A DNA stretch of 64,000 nt from Methanoregula sp. (lineage in GTDB: Archaea > Halobacteriota > Methanomicrobia > Methanomicrobiales > Methanospirillaceae), in NCBI GenBank assembly GCA_039698055.1, contig JBDKTL010000048.1:1-64000 (forward strand). The letters run 5' to 3'. Shown in pieces: positions 23,001 to 32,700 of the stretch. Every line of letters begins with the position of its first letter. Position 1 is the stretch's first letter. A model generated the notes under the pieces. That model was not told the origin of the DNA. It was given only the letters and a program-made list of their open reading frames with translations, and made no database searches. The translations under genes were made by a program, and so were the position numbers.

Positions 23001-23596
23001 TCAAATGGATTGCAGACATTCCCCAAAAGCCGGATGGCGGAGGCATGATCACCACCAGCATCGTGCAGAAACTTCCCGATCAGACCCTGTCTCTATACCG
23101 TTCAGCACTTGCATCCCAGGGACTTGAGATCGGTACGGTTGCATACTCCGTTGTCGTCAATGAGGAGGGTGTTCCCGAAACACAGGATGCAACTATCGAA
23201 ATGAGCGTGCCTCAGGAATGGGTGAGCCGGAACGGCGGGATTACCCAGATCAAGGTCGTGCGGCTGGACAATACAGCAAATGTCGAAGTCCTGGACACTG
23301 CGTTCAAACGGTACGACCAGGACACCCGGTATATTGTATTCAAGGCAAGCTCCCCCAGAGGTCTCTGCACATTCACCATGATCTCGGTTAAAGCCGGTTC
23401 TGGAATCATCCAGAAGACACCCGTAGACGAACCGGGATTGCAGCAAACGGCTACCGGAAATGATAACCTCACGGATGTCCCGGTCGCGGCTCGCACCAAC
23501 ATTGTGTGGATCGTTGCCGGTATCATTCTGGTTGTTATCGGATCAGTGACGGTCATTGCCTTAAAAATCCGAAAGAGGCGACGGGGGCCTTGGTAA
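14072..23596 (+). CDS. Giant cell-surface protein: NosD/pectin-lyase-like beta helix, Ig-like, 3 CARDB, 4 DUF3344-like, about 9 PKD, 2 PGF-pre-PGF-like domains, C-terminal TM anchor (3174 aa)
   Basis: YPDIQSAIDAASPGDTIFVKAG and GNYW..DANGDGIG (NosD-like), repeated WxWDFGD..NPxHTY (PKD), PDL/ExNExNN (CARDB), DUF3344 motifs, SPEGLSTF/SPRGLCTF, TM followed by KIRKRRR. Confidence 0.9.
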   Translation: MKILFSNKIKRKAADLNFYKSYGKSDLYRAVPVCLIGLILCLMLLAAPVAAATLIVAADGSGSYPDIQSAIDAASPGDTIFVKAGAYTTTSGIYIYKPDLAIIGEGADKVTVTIEDYNNLYIGWDQDENVVDASGMRLEGITFAGDTSIELEQASHTLIANNIFPKIEIYPNEIGSCPFNIIRNNTISSVTILSDSTVIENNIIQSNGGYTLYIGSGNNTIRNNIIGNNAGINIYLDSDSGYSPYDDNVFYMNTISGNGAPVTFSGNLPPHTTWVSPGPITYTYNGASYTTVMGNYWGSNYTDPDADANGDGIGGAPFTIPGGLGSDTAPLMDPVLNYIIGGSSAPTLTTITLSPSTASLTSGGTQQFTAIAKDQSGDSISNVLFIWSCDNTTVGTIDATTGLFTAITEGPANITATNGTISGTAKVTVSALAPDLIPVSITSGTLVAGQAVTVSVTIQNIGTAAAGAFNVTLLSSGTEVNRTAVASLGVAESRDVTMLWTPSSTSPVTLSAVLNPDGSLIETNTTNNTISKSVTVLTQSTDLTVTSASYATAFAHYNNTVTATIRNSGTQDVGAFNVTFTVGGNTTTMNISSLAAGSSTTLNLLDTVDRHVGDTVSASVTVDPENAIAESNEANNQYTTSATMIYNGYAGERWGDGPDITTKKVYDIHGDTIYSMGDSVYGGDQTDHWTASDLPLPPGATVKEARLYTPYTWDYVEWMPDQEIITFNNNIVQYDTQYRDMKNWGTWANYAYGSIVYNVTDLFNPTGNTATLSFKMAGYVPIRGMTLVVTYEDLNATEKQIFINDGFDILYASPSFYTTDETATAYAPFAGPDINMSKVTKATLTTIITRGGDGTRGAMLFNGVTYPDYWVRTQAEMAAKTLDVTANLTATNNVAMFRSQTKDNMDMEPYLAILKVEYRGEATAPVAGFTATPTNGPAPLTVTFTDTSTGTPASWAWDFGDEDSTNATARNPIHTYAAAGTYTVNLTVTNSQGSNTVTKTGYITAGAAVPAPVAGFSATPTNGTAPFTVTFTDTSTNSPTSWLWDFGDGNTTNATVQNPVHTYASAGSYTVSLTATNAGGSNSTTTPDCITVTTTSSAPVASFTTDASAGQVPFTVHFTDTSTGTPTSWAWNFGDGSTSTGQNPSHTYVTAGSYTATLTATGPGGNSVAPASITVSAPLTSNSYNGGIPLTTAQSGTVSGGLWYDAYPGFAPSASKTFTLPAYTDIKWARLYTVVYLGHMQNNYRGTVTINIDGNNDGTNDLVEQETFNSTYSFPGDGGTGPVWLNDHLNRVTSDYLMWYNVTDTITGQQVKVQATTADIDASFDGRIKAMVLVVAYDDGDADQVDYWVNQGHDTVNAGDSAYHQYTGSTTFGTSSLASGWTAANLSTMYLASDNGIYTFRGSSLTSGTPQGPYFGTNTWDVSSLLLPGQDSTLTYNRTTDYYKIPLSFLSVRYAGSAPTVPPVAGFTATPTNGTAPFTVTFTDTSTNSPTSWLWDFGDSNTTNATVQNPVHTYASAGTYTVNLTATNAGGSDSELKDGYITVTGSGGGLAPIAIFMADVNSGTAPLTVNFTDVSDNSPTSWLWDFGDGNISTVQNPTHTYVSAGSYNINLTVTNSAGTNSNLIPDFITVTGGSTAIAPVAAFSANVTAGVAPMAVRFTDQSTNSPTAWAWDFNNDGTIDNTEQNPEYTYTTAGIYTVKLTVTNTGGTNVTVKANSIGASGGKQPLATTRDGTVSGDLYIGAYQPVAWSNQPNTVGVKIFNQSYTIPANTGIQWARLYAVVYGSSSDNRLGRATVSFDGNGDSTYETALGTEDLGIPSANSGYAYRVNDHVNKVYTDYLLWYDVTNDISNQTVNARIQTENVNSSSFDGRLKTLTLVVAYNDGDSDQVRYFVNDGHAYQGSTDPAGQTVFGTAAIPAGWSKATLSAVHVSSKDATYTFNSQQYAGTDPVSPFNSFGYDQWDVTSSLPTGTDSTLTFNRTGISFKTPLTSLTIRYTGTTPIVPPVAGFIANTTTGTAPLAVRFTDQSTNSPTAWAWDFNNDGIVDSTAQNTTYTYTTTGTYAVNLTVTNAGGSNSTVKLGYVRVTAPGGDYDLTISGGIILTQSPTELPLFARESNLVRIVSITNLGTTQSPVTEVELRSSDGLINRTTVPALNKGEIATVTIIDTIARSTAGTTVTYTATVDPDNTIAETNETNNAVTSSSYVVTNNGYKGKTYWEGQSNLTTKRSWDLHGGLVYSAGDSQYISGVSGRKSGLPPQGSTWTSYPVTWTAGNLPVPAGAAIREARLYVPYTWDNSNQAPDKIHIDFNNEPIPYEAWYHDKRNFGGTYADYEWGLLTYNVTSWFLKNDRNTAIFTRDTSNTKISPYGFTLAVIYDDPTATRKQIFLNEEFDLLGVDENKFGTTSEEATAYVPFTGQIVNPADVKNATLITFVPSGNGPEGILLFNGKTIGTNVWDYDYDADTEVAIDSRDVTVHLLPDGNEAAIRETGSNQATMAAAQQFLVVEYKSAITGEPVAAFSSNVTRGIKPLAVQFTDLSAGSPTSRFWDFGDNTNATEINPVHVYTSYGTYTVSLTVTNAQGNNTLTRSSFITVSKPSTVASFTVNKTSGDAPLTAGFSDTSAGEPESWSWTFGDGSGSADQNPVHTYSSAGTYTVTLTATNAAGSTTATITISVNARTIVDQSFAIESLTTTKNDLGQNVTINTTNATVSANGKQVTMTGIGHGWDALDITMTGLPFNDSTSLTGTVASVVAVGTPVTIPITDVGNPSVSYNLTLLEIPNSTAQITMTITKDPDSAAQSAFTLAATGAGKQIDAIAYTVQFEKTQIANNGEGGIILNATIGMAVSPAWVADHGGRDHIVILRRADNGSTQFLATQFEGTDASGNDLFTALSPEGLSTFIMSSVSTASSNSGGNGGSSGGSSGSTSSGGISKISDKDSGIFDFRALPATSFAWVEKTPVTEKGKLEITPLTADIETMPEIQVKWIADIPQKPDGGGMITTSIVQKLPDQTLSLYRSALASQGLEIGTVAYSVVVNEEGVPETQDATIEMSVPQEWVSRNGGITQIKVVRLDNTANVEVLDTAFKRYDQDTRYIVFKASSPRGLCTFTMISVKAGSGIIQKTPVDEPGLQQTATGNDNLTDVPVAARTNIVWIVAGIILVVIGSVTVIALKIRKRRRGPW
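17111..17262 (+). repeat. PKD-encoding 152-bp direct repeat, copy 1
   Basis: Matches 18464-18615 with about 6 mismatches, counted by eye. Confidence 0.9.
18464..18615 (+). repeat. PKD-encoding 152-bp direct repeat, copy 2
   Basis: Near-identical to 17111-17262. Confidence 0.9.
19034..19095 (+). repeat. PKD-encoding 62-bp repeat, copy 1
   Basis: gcagtccggttcaccgaYcagtccaccaactccccaactgcatgggcatgggacttcaacaa also occurs at 20126-20187, with 1 mismatch. Confidence 0.9.
20126..20187 (+). repeat. PKD-encoding 62-bp repeat, copy 2
   Basis: Near-identical to 19034-19095. Confidence 0.9.
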
Positions 23597-23914
23597 CCCC
23601 AAAGGGGTATCCAATCATTCCTTTTTCCAGTTCCCGATGACAGGATCTGGTGAATGGAATTATCGCTCCCAGAAAAATATCCCTTTTTCACAGAGACCCC
23701 AAAAACTGCATTTCTCTATTATCGGAGCAGATGATCTCTCATGCTGGCAGGTAACAGCCCATCTCCAAGAACCCCGGCCCCAGCAGAATCTTGTCCACCT
23801 GGGGCTGGAGTGCCACGTATTCCACAATGCACCCTATAGATTTCCTGCGGCTTGTTGTAACGGTGTTATGGGCTCTTGAAAGGGTCCGCCCCAAGCCTTA
23901 CGATCCTTTGCCGG

Positions 23915-25411
23915 TCAGACTTCAGCAGTAATTGACACGGATCCCACCGGGTCAGAATTAGTGCCGCTTTTGACCATCTGCCCATCGCAGTAAATCCCGA
24001 CAACGAGCTCGCGGTCCGAATTATCAGTCTTCTGGATACGGGCAATAACCGGTTCCTGTGCATCGGCAACCCGGTACACTTTTTCCCCGGAACTTGTAAC
24101 CGGTGTCTGAGCGGAAGCCGTCCCATAACTTCCCTGCCACGCCCCGCTATACGTTACCCTGACGTAAATACCGTCAGAGGGAACCGGTACTGACCCGGAA
24201 GGTTGTGGTACAATCGATCCCGCAGAGCCGGATGTCTGCACACTTCCTTTCACCGGTTCCTGATGGGAGGGGGCGCCGGGAAGTATCGCTCCTGATGCGG
24301 GAATGTGGGTGGAATTATCAAGGAAAATAATGCCGGGGAAGAGGAAATATCCCGCTGTTATCGCAACGAACAGGGCGGCAACGAATATGAAAACTATGCC
24401 TTTCTTTCCGGACACGTTCAGACCATAACCCGTCACCGCCGTCCTGGAATTCACTCTTCCCTGACGTGCTGAACCGGGAGTTTCTTTGGTGTACCGTACA
24501 GTCACCGGCCCTCTGATGTTGTCTGTACCGGATATGGCCAGGCCCATTTTCGATGAAGGATTCCAGTGAACAGTATCCATTTGAACTGGTGAAGCCCCAT
24601 TCTGCCTGTTCATGACGGCAGGGGATGTGTATTTTCTGGACCGGACGCAGCCTTCCGAATCGGGTAGGTCCAACCTGTCTGGTACAATCACACCTGAACC
24701 GCACCGGTCACAGAAAAGAGAATCCTTGGTAACCCTGCTGCCGCACTTGGTACAGAAACAATAGTCTGCAGGCGATTCCTCTACAGCAGAAGGCACAGAC
24801 TTCTTTGGGGGATATGCCCCCTCCCGGATAACCAAAGGCATATCCCGTGTCTCCCGCGGCCGGGCTGCCACGTCACGGGAGACCCGTTCGGGCGTCGTGC
24901 ACTTACCACCCTCTTGGAGGGATGCCCCCGGGTACCCTGATGCAGCGGACGGTGCATTCATTTTTGTGGCATGGATGCCGGTGTTGAATTTCAGTTTCCC
25001 TTCCGTGTACGGGATCTGTGCTCCCGCACTGGCCGGGGTGGGCCGGGAACTGCGGGAGACCTGACCGGGCTTGGCCGGATATTCATTCATAAGGTGCCGG
25101 ATCCATCCATCCCGTTCGCTTCCCCGGGACAATCTTGCCAGGTTATGGAATGTCAGGTTCATCTTCCTCGTCTCGCCCAGCCGTGATCGCGCAAGAAGGG
25201 TGAGAACGGGATCCCCGGTCAAGGCCTGACCGGCAAAAACATCGTCTATGGTATCCCGTGCCAGGTCCTTATCCGACATGCGTGAATCATCCGTGCTCCG
25301 GAAAATAATCCGGGCGCTGGTCAGGAATGCCGTAAAGCGAATCGACTTGACGTAAACGTCAGGGGACATCATCAACAATTGCTCACCGGGCTGCAATGCA
25401 GGGCGATCCAT
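23915..25411 (-). CDS. Zinc-ribbon membrane protein (PH-like N-terminus, double CxxC, one TM, extracellular beta domain)
   Basis: FCTKCGS..FCDRCGS, hydrophobic IVFIFVAALFVAITAGYFLF, C-terminal VRVTYSGAWQGSYG domain. Confidence 0.75.
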   Translation of the reverse strand: MDRPALQPGEQLLMMSPDVYVKSIRFTAFLTSARIIFRSTDDSRMSDKDLARDTIDDVFAGQALTGDPVLTLLARSRLGETRKMNLTFHNLARLSRGSERDGWIRHLMNEYPAKPGQVSRSSRPTPASAGAQIPYTEGKLKFNTGIHATKMNAPSAASGYPGASLQEGGKCTTPERVSRDVAARPRETRDMPLVIREGAYPPKKSVPSAVEESPADYCFCTKCGSRVTKDSLFCDRCGSGVIVPDRLDLPDSEGCVRSRKYTSPAVMNRQNGASPVQMDTVHWNPSSKMGLAISGTDNIRGPVTVRYTKETPGSARQGRVNSRTAVTGYGLNVSGKKGIVFIFVAALFVAITAGYFLFPGIIFLDNSTHIPASGAILPGAPSHQEPVKGSVQTSGSAGSIVPQPSGSVPVPSDGIYVRVTYSGAWQGSYGTASAQTPVTSSGEKVYRVADAQEPVIARIQKTDNSDRELVVGIYCDGQMVKSGTNSDPVGSVSITAEV

Positions 25412-25522
25412 AGTATAACGACAGTATTACATATTCACACTTGGTATTATAAAACTTTATAATAGTATTTCAGTTGTCCAGGGCATCAGATCATGGGAGA
25501 GGCCAAGGCAGAAGGACGCCAG

Positions 25523-26290
25523 TCATGTTGCCCGCAATGGAAGGAGGAACTTCCCATACTCGTTCTCGATAACTACCGATTCGACGCCATACACAGACCG
25601 GATACACTCCGGTGTCAGGATCTCGTGGGGCTTCCCGTACCCGACCATCTTTCCCCGGTTGAGGAGGACAACGGCATCCGCGTACCGGTACGCGAGGTTG
25701 AGATCGTGCACTGCGATAATCATCGCTGAATTCTGCTCCCGGGTTATCCGGCGCATGGTCTCCATCACCTCGATCTGGTACCGGATGTCTAGTGCGCTTG
25801 TCGGCTCATCGAACAGGAAGAGGGCAGGGTTCTGCGCAAGGGCCCGGGCAATAAACACCTTCTGCCGTTCACCGCCACTCAGCTGGTCCATGTACTTGCC
25901 TGCCATATCGCCCATCTCCAGTGTATCGAGAGCCTCCTGCACCCGGGTGAGTTCCTCATCAGATACCGACCATTTGATATGCCGCAGTCGTCCAAGAAGT
26001 ACTGTTTCGAATACCGTGGAATACAGGGTATAAGTAAAGTGCTGGGGGACATACCCGATTTTCATGGCCAAATCGATAGGATCGATCTTCCTGATATCCA
26101 TTTCGTCAAGTAAAATCATTCCCGCTGATGGTTCCTGGATCAGGGTGATATTTTTTATCAGTGTTGACTTCCCGGACCCGTTCGGGCCGACGACCGCAAG
26201 GATCTCCCCGCCAGCAAGGGAGAACGAGATATCCTCAAGCACGCGTTTTAATCCAAACGCTTTGGTCATATGATCGACGGTAAGTTCCAT
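25523..26290 (-). CDS. Iron-chelate/cobalamin ABC transporter ATPase (FecE/BtuD-like)
   Basis: GPNGSGKST, LSGGERQKVFIARALAQ, DEPTSALD, HDLNLA. Confidence 0.93.
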   Translation of the reverse strand: MELTVDHMTKAFGLKRVLEDISFSLAGGEILAVVGPNGSGKSTLIKNITLIQEPSAGMILLDEMDIRKIDPIDLAMKIGYVPQHFTYTLYSTVFETVLLGRLRHIKWSVSDEELTRVQEALDTLEMGDMAGKYMDQLSGGERQKVFIARALAQNPALFLFDEPTSALDIRYQIEVMETMRRITREQNSAMIIAVHDLNLAYRYADAVVLLNRGKMVGYGKPHEILTPECIRSVYGVESVVIENEYGKFLLPLRAT

Positions 26291-26300
26291 AAACAGACCC

Positions 26301-27479
26301 CTAATATAATCCCCGGCCCCGTGACTTCATGATCAGGAAGAGGAAGAAGACTCCCCCGATAATATACATGATAATTCCTACCGGTATTTCCACCGGACTC
26401 ATCACCGTTCGCGCAGAAGTATCAGATATTAAGAGAATTAACGCCCCAAGAAGGGCAGAACAGGGTATGAGATACCGGTGGTCGTTGCCAATGAACATGC
26501 GGCAGATATGCGGTGCCATGAGCCCGATAAAACCGATGATACCGGTAAACGCAAGACAACAGGATGCAGCAAACGTTGAGATCATCAGGCCGGTGAGCCG
26601 GAAACGTTTGACGTCAATACCAAGGTTTTTTGCCACATCATCACCGGCGGCAAGGGCATTCAGGTTCCACGCCATTCTCTCGAGCAGGATAAAACTTAGC
26701 AGGCAGAGCGGTAACAGGAGCAGGACAGCATTCCAGCTGGCACCCCACATCCCACCCATCAGCCAGACAACGATGTCGCGAAGCTTGTCATTGTTCGTCA
26801 GGTACTTGAGCCCCATCACGCCAGCCTGGAAAAGATAGCCAATGACGACCCCGGCAAGAATGAGGCTTGACTGGTTAGTGCCCCGGGATCGGGAGATTCC
26901 ATAGACAAGAAGCATGGAGAGCCAGCCAAACAAAAAAGCCATGAGGACAATGAACATATCGTCACTGATGAGAAGATATGCCCCAAGGATTCCCGGCCCG
27001 ATTACAATGGCAATTGCAGCGCCAAAAGACGCTGCTGATGAGAGTCCCAGGGTAAACGGGCTGACCAGCGGGTTTCGCAGCAGTCCCTGCATGACCGTTC
27101 CTGCCACGGCAAGGCTGATGCCGGTGAGGATGGCAAGAAAGATCCGTGGAAGCCGGAAACCGACAACAATCAGTTCTGCCTGGGGATTTGACGGCGGCGG
27201 AATGGTAAATGAAATGGCATTATACAACAAAGCAACGGACGGCATGTACGTATTCAGGAACTGCTGGATTGAAACGGCACTGCTATGGGCGATCGCAAGA
27301 ATGGTGTCCTGTGGGGAGATTGACACGGTCCCGATTCCTGCCGACAGGATGGCTGCAACGATGACAAGAAGGAAGAGACCAATGAGTAACGCGATACGTC
27401 TGGTGCTTCCCTCTTTGTACAGGGAATACACCGTTACGTTGGGGACGCGGTCCTGCCGTGAATCCTGTGACATGAACAA
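26301..27479 (-). CDS. FecCD/BtuC-family ABC permease
   Basis: RLPRI, MQGLLRNPLVSPFTLGLSSAA, GIIGFIGLMAPH, EIPVGI. Confidence 0.93.
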   Translation of the reverse strand: MFMSQDSRQDRVPNVTVYSLYKEGSTRRIALLIGLFLLVIVAAILSAGIGTVSISPQDTILAIAHSSAVSIQQFLNTYMPSVALLYNAISFTIPPPSNPQAELIVVGFRLPRIFLAILTGISLAVAGTVMQGLLRNPLVSPFTLGLSSAASFGAAIAIVIGPGILGAYLLISDDMFIVLMAFLFGWLSMLLVYGISRSRGTNQSSLILAGVVIGYLFQAGVMGLKYLTNNDKLRDIVVWLMGGMWGASWNAVLLLLPLCLLSFILLERMAWNLNALAAGDDVAKNLGIDVKRFRLTGLMISTFAASCCLAFTGIIGFIGLMAPHICRMFIGNDHRYLIPCSALLGALILLISDTSARTVMSPVEIPVGIIMYIIGGVFFLFLIMKSRGRGLY

Positions 27480-27533
27480 GGAGAACTATTTTTTTATCAG
27501 GTTCGTAAGAAATGCAGGGACTTTTTTTAGTTA

Positions 27534-29483
27534 TTACATCCCGATTCCTTTTACAATACCGGTGATTTGATCAGCCTTGAGATCTTCGAGTTTCAGGTAC
27601 TGTGCCCCCAGCTCATCCGAGAGGTCGTGGGCCAGACCAAAGGAGATGAAGCTCTGTTCGGAATCGATGACAAGCGATGAGATCCCGGCATCGCGAATAT
27701 GGGTTGCCACCTCTTTTGCATCATCCATAGGCGACCCGGATCCCATACTTACGTTTCCTTTTCCATCAGAGATCAGGATCAAACGGGGTATCGTGTGGCG
27801 GTTGATCACCAGTTCACGCTTCAGCACCTCATATCCTTTGGACAGGCCATGGGCAAGAGGTGTTTTCCCGCCAACCGGAAGCGACTTCATGTATTTCCGG
27901 GCACGTTCGACACTCGATGTCGGGGGAAGGAGGATTTCTGCACCCTTCCCCCGGAATACCACAAGACCGACCCGGTCCCGTTTCTGGTAGGCATCGAGAA
28001 GGAGGGAGAGGATCGCACCTTTGACAGCAGTCATCCGCTGCTGTACCCCCATACTCCCGCTTGCATCGACAACAAAGAGCACCGTATTGCCCAATTTGCG
28101 TTCACGGACTTTTTCACGGATATCGGACCGTTCGATATTTATCGCAAGTTCTCCCGCATGATCGATCTGGTGGGGCGCCGCTGCCCGGATCGTTGCATCG
28201 AGCGCAATGTCGGGTCCGATGGTTTTTGGGATCCGGCTGCGGACGTATTTGCCGTTAGGGGATTCGGTAACGCTCCTCCGCCCGCTCCCTTCACGTTTCA
28301 ACGGATCAACGCGGCGCGGAGGTGACAGGTGCTGCTGGTTCAGCCTGAAAGGAGATCCCTCGGCAAACTGCGTTGTCAGGGAACCATCCGGCAGGGAATT
28401 TTCCTGCGGCTTTGGGTTCTCGGGATGGTCGTGTTTGTCTATGGGGAGGTTGTGATCCGTTCGGGACTTCTCTATTGCCTGTTCCATCTTCTGCTTGTCC
28501 ATCGGCTGCTCCGAAAACGGCCTGCGCCGCATCCGGTGGGGGAGTACAAGAGCTGCTGCTTCCCGCACATCATTATCGCTCACATCCGTGCAGCCATGGT
28601 ATGCAGCAATCGTTGCTGCAGTCTTCATCATGGTAATATCTGCCCGGTGGCCATCCACGGCCATGTCGATACAGATCTGTGCGATCATCCGGAGCATGTC
28701 ATCTGAAACCGTGACCGTGGGGAGAAGACCCTGTGCTTTCACGATACGTTCACGCAGCTCCTGTTCGTGCGACTCCCAGATGCAAAGGAACTCTTCAGGT
28801 GCACGCTCGTACTTTTGCCGCCGGCGGATAACCTCTACCCGGGTATCGGCGTCATGGATCCCCTCAATATCGACGCATAAACCAAACCGGTCGAGCAGCT
28901 GGGGGCGTAGTTCGCCTTCCTCCGGGTTCATGGTCCCGATCAGGATAAACGATGATGGGTGAACATAGGAAACGCCTTCGCGTTCAATATAGTTCGTCCC
29001 CATGGCCGCAGCATCAAGGAGGACATCAACGATATGGTCGTTGAGCAGGTTGACTTCATCGACATAGAGAATGTTGCGGTTTGCCTGCGCGAGAATACCG
29101 GGCTCAAACTTTTTTTCACCTTTTTTCAGTGCATGCTCGATATCCAGGCTGCCAACGACCTTATCTTCCGTTGCGCTGATCGGCAGTTCGACGACCCGCA
29201 TCTTTGCCGGTTTTGCAATAAGGTCCGGATATTTCTTCTGGCAGTCCAGGCACAGACTGTTTTTATCCGCAGGATCGCACCCGAAGATGCATCCGTCGAC
29301 TACCTGCCGGCCGGGTAAAAGATGAGCGAGAGCACGGGCTGCTGTTGATTTTGCCGTGCCCTTCTCACCCCTGATCAGGATGCCGCCGATACCGGGATTA
29401 ATCGCATTCAGGATGAGGGCAACTTTCATCGGTTCCTGACCGACAATCGCTGAGAATGGATAAATATTATCGAAGTGATGCAT
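27534..29483 (-). CDS. ChlI/ChlD-like chelatase subunit (AAA+ plus VWA; putative cobaltochelatase subunit)
   Basis: [60 protein letters not shown]. Likely start is the ATG at 29483. Confidence 0.92.
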   Translation of the reverse strand: MHHFDNIYPFSAIVGQEPMKVALILNAINPGIGGILIRGEKGTAKSTAARALAHLLPGRQVVDGCIFGCDPADKNSLCLDCQKKYPDLIAKPAKMRVVELPISATEDKVVGSLDIEHALKKGEKKFEPGILAQANRNILYVDEVNLLNDHIVDVLLDAAAMGTNYIEREGVSYVHPSSFILIGTMNPEEGELRPQLLDRFGLCVDIEGIHDADTRVEVIRRRQKYERAPEEFLCIWESHEQELRERIVKAQGLLPTVTVSDDMLRMIAQICIDMAVDGHRADITMMKTAATIAAYHGCTDVSDNDVREAAALVLPHRMRRRPFSEQPMDKQKMEQAIEKSRTDHNLPIDKHDHPENPKPQENSLPDGSLTTQFAEGSPFRLNQQHLSPPRRVDPLKREGSGRRSVTESPNGKYVRSRIPKTIGPDIALDATIRAAAPHQIDHAGELAINIERSDIREKVRERKLGNTVLFVVDASGSMGVQQRMTAVKGAILSLLLDAYQKRDRVGLVVFRGKGAEILLPPTSSVERARKYMKSLPVGGKTPLAHGLSKGYEVLKRELVINRHTIPRLILISDGKGNVSMGSGSPMDDAKEVATHIRDAGISSLVIDSEQSFISFGLAHDLSDELGAQYLKLEDLKADQITGIVKGIGM

Positions 29484-29585
29484 CGTGTGGCTCCGGTAAG
29501 TGATGAATGGTTCGGGAAATTGTACAGACAAACGGTAAAATTTCATTGTTGCTGATATTTCAATTTATTATTTTGTTAGCAGTTA

Positions 29586-29622
29586 GTATTACCTTTTTTC
29601 ATTTGATATAATCCAGTAATAC
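29586..29622. promoter_or_regulatory. Perfect inverted repeat GTATTAC-N23-GTAATAC in the divergent chlD/cobN promoter (candidate NikR-type operator)
   Basis: Seen directly. The half-site resembles NikR half-sites (GTATGA/GTATTA), but the spacer is longer than canonical. Confidence 0.5.
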
Positions 29623-29721
29623 AATTACAAATATTTTTAACAATTGACACAGCACATTTCAAGGAGTACCACAGGAACGGTCCTGTTCCGGATACAGTAT
29701 TTTCAGTATAGGAATAACCAG

Positions 29722-32700
29722 ATGATGATTACCTCGGTCATGTGGGGGTCGTATGCCCCGGTACTGAAACGCGCAGCGATAGCAGCCGGTGTTAAATGTA
29801 CCATTTACCCTACGCGAGTACTGGAGGACCAACCGGAAAAAATCGAAGAAGCGGTTGCATCTATGCGGGCATCGGACATGATTCTCGTCTACCATACGTC
29901 CGACATGTTCTGGGAACAGATGGACCGGGAACTTGCTGTCATACGGCAGACCGTACCGGTGATCTCTCTTGGCCCGGACCCCTCGTTCTGGCTGCAGTCA
30001 ACGGTCAGTCCGGTCATTGTGACAACCTGCCACCGGTATATCACCAATAACGGCGATGAAAATTTCAAAAACCTTCTTCTCTTCCTTAAAAAAGAGATCT
30101 TCGGAGAAGACATTCCCGTTGCTCCCCCCATCGATGTGCCATGGGAAGGACTCTACCATCCCGATGCTCCCTCATCATTTTGCCGGGTAGACGACTTTCT
30201 TGCGTGGTATACAAAGAAGATTCCCGGCGCCCCGTGGATCGGTATCGTCTTCTCAAGGACATCGTGGGCTGCCAGCAACGTGGCGCTTGAGGATATGCTC
30301 ATCCACAGCCTTGAAGCAGAAGGGCTGAACGTAATTACGGTCTTCACCTACGCAATCCAGGACGATGCACTGGGGGCCCGGGGTATGGGGCAGGTGGTGA
30401 CCGATTACCTGATCCGGGATGGCGTCCCGATCGTTGACGCATTAATCAAACTCATACCATTTCTCTTTGGATCTACGCGTGACGGGAAGAACAGTAAGAT
30501 TGCCGCAGTTCAGGGGGTTGACCTGCTCAGGAGACTGGACATTCCGGTCTTTTCCCCGGTTATCAGCATGTACATGAATCTCGAACAGTGGCAGGCATCA
30601 GAGGGACTCTCCATGGATGTCGGGTGGGCTGTGGCCATGCCGGAGTTTGAAGGGGTTATCGAACCGGTCTTCATTGGTACCAGCAGCAGCGAACCCAATG
30701 GTGAAAAGACACGGGAGGCCGTTCCCGACCGGTGCAAAAAAGTCGCAGCCCGGGTGAGAAAATGGATTTCACTTGCCAAAAAACCGGTTGGCGAACGAAA
30801 AGTCGCATTCGTGCTCAACAATAATCCCTGTGCCGGCACTGAGGCCAACGTTGGCGGCGGTTCAAATCTCGACACGCTTGAAAGCGTCGCACGGATCCTT
30901 CAACGCATGGCAGACGCAGGCTACCTCGTCACACCTCCAGCGTCAGGCAAGGATCTCGTTGAAATTATCATGAGAAAAAAAGCGATTTCTGAATTCCGGT
31001 GGACAACCGTACAGGATATCATCGCAAATGGCGGCACGCTTGCACTCATGGACGAGGAAACGTATATGCCATATTTTTCTTCTCTTCCAGCATCCGTGCA
31101 AAAAAGCGTAACGGATACGTGGGGGGATCCCCCGGGCAAGGGGATGGTTCTTGACGGGAAAATGCTTATCACGGGTGTCTCGTTTGGTAATGCGACAGTA
31201 CATGTCCAGCCAAAACGCGGGTGCTATGGTTCGCGGTGCGATGGCGAGGTCTGCAAAATTCTCCATGACCCGAAATGCCCCCCGCCCCACCAGTACCTGG
31301 CGACGTACTACTGGCTCGAACACATCCTCAAAGCCGATGTCATTATTCATGTCGGCACGCATGGCAACCTCGAATTTTTGCCGGGCAAGGGAACCGGGCT
31401 ATCGGGAGAGTGTTTCCCGGATGTAGCTGTCGGCACCATTCCCTTCCTGTATATTTATAATTCTGACAACCCGGCCGAAGGGACTATTGCAAAACGGCGC
31501 AGTTATGCAACACTTGTCGATCATATGCAGACCGTGCTCACCGGCAGCGGATTGTATGAAGAACTTGAAGAGATTGATAACCTTCTTACCCAGTACGAGA
31601 CAACAAAAAACGATCCTGCCCGCGCCCATGCTCTCCAGCACCTGCTGAACGATGCCATCATTCGCGCGAATCTGGATAAGGACATGCATCTCTCTCACGA
31701 TACTCCACTTACCGAGATGGCAGCAAAAGCCCACGAAACGCTCTCGAAGATCCGCAATACCCGGATCCAGTCGGGGATGCACATTTTTGGTGAGATCCCC
31801 CATGGTGATCGACGGGTTGACTTTATCAGTTCCATTATAAGGTTCGACAACGGCGAATTGTCCCCGCGCCGCATCGTGGCACAGATTATGGGATTTGACC
31901 TGCCGGACCTTCTCGCAAGCCAGGACCGGTATTCAGAAGAGTACGGCATGTCGCATGGTGCTATCCTTGAGCAGGTTGATTGGGAATTGAACCATTTCAT
32001 CAGAACGGTACTGGAGGGATCGGCAATGCCCGTTGCCCTGATCTTCGGGAAACGGATAACAGAAGAGCAGGCGCAGATGCTCAATACGATCCGGGCACGG
32101 ATTCTTGATATCAACCAGAGAATTGAAGATTCACGCGAGATCGAATCTCTCCTGCACGGGATGGAGGGGAAATATATCCCGGCCGGGCCATCGGGCCAGA
32201 TCTCCCGGGGGCACGAGGAAGTACTGCCGACCGGGCGGAATTTCTATTCTCTTGATCCGTACCGTGTCCCCACCGGTGCCGCATGGCGCGTGGGGCAGCG
32301 TCTTGCCGACGCACTCATCGAAAAGCATTCCCGAGAAGAAGGGACCGTTCCGGAGAACGTCGCATTTTACTGGATGGCTGGGGACATCATGACATCGGAC
32401 GGCGAGATGTTTGCCGAGATGCTCTGGCTGCTTGGAGTGCGGCCGGTCTGGCAAAAAAACGGCCAGGTGCGATCGTTTGAAATAATCCCCCTCCATAAAC
32501 TTGGCCACCCCCGTATCGACATTACTGTGCGCACGACCGGGATACTGCGGGACAATTTCTCCAACTGCTATGAGCTGCTCGATGATGCAGTCCAGGCAGT
32601 TGCCGGTCTGAACGAACCTCCCGACAGGAATTTTGTCCGCCGGCATACACAGAAAAGCATGGCAGAGGAAGGGGCAGTATTCCGTGATGCAACACTGCGC

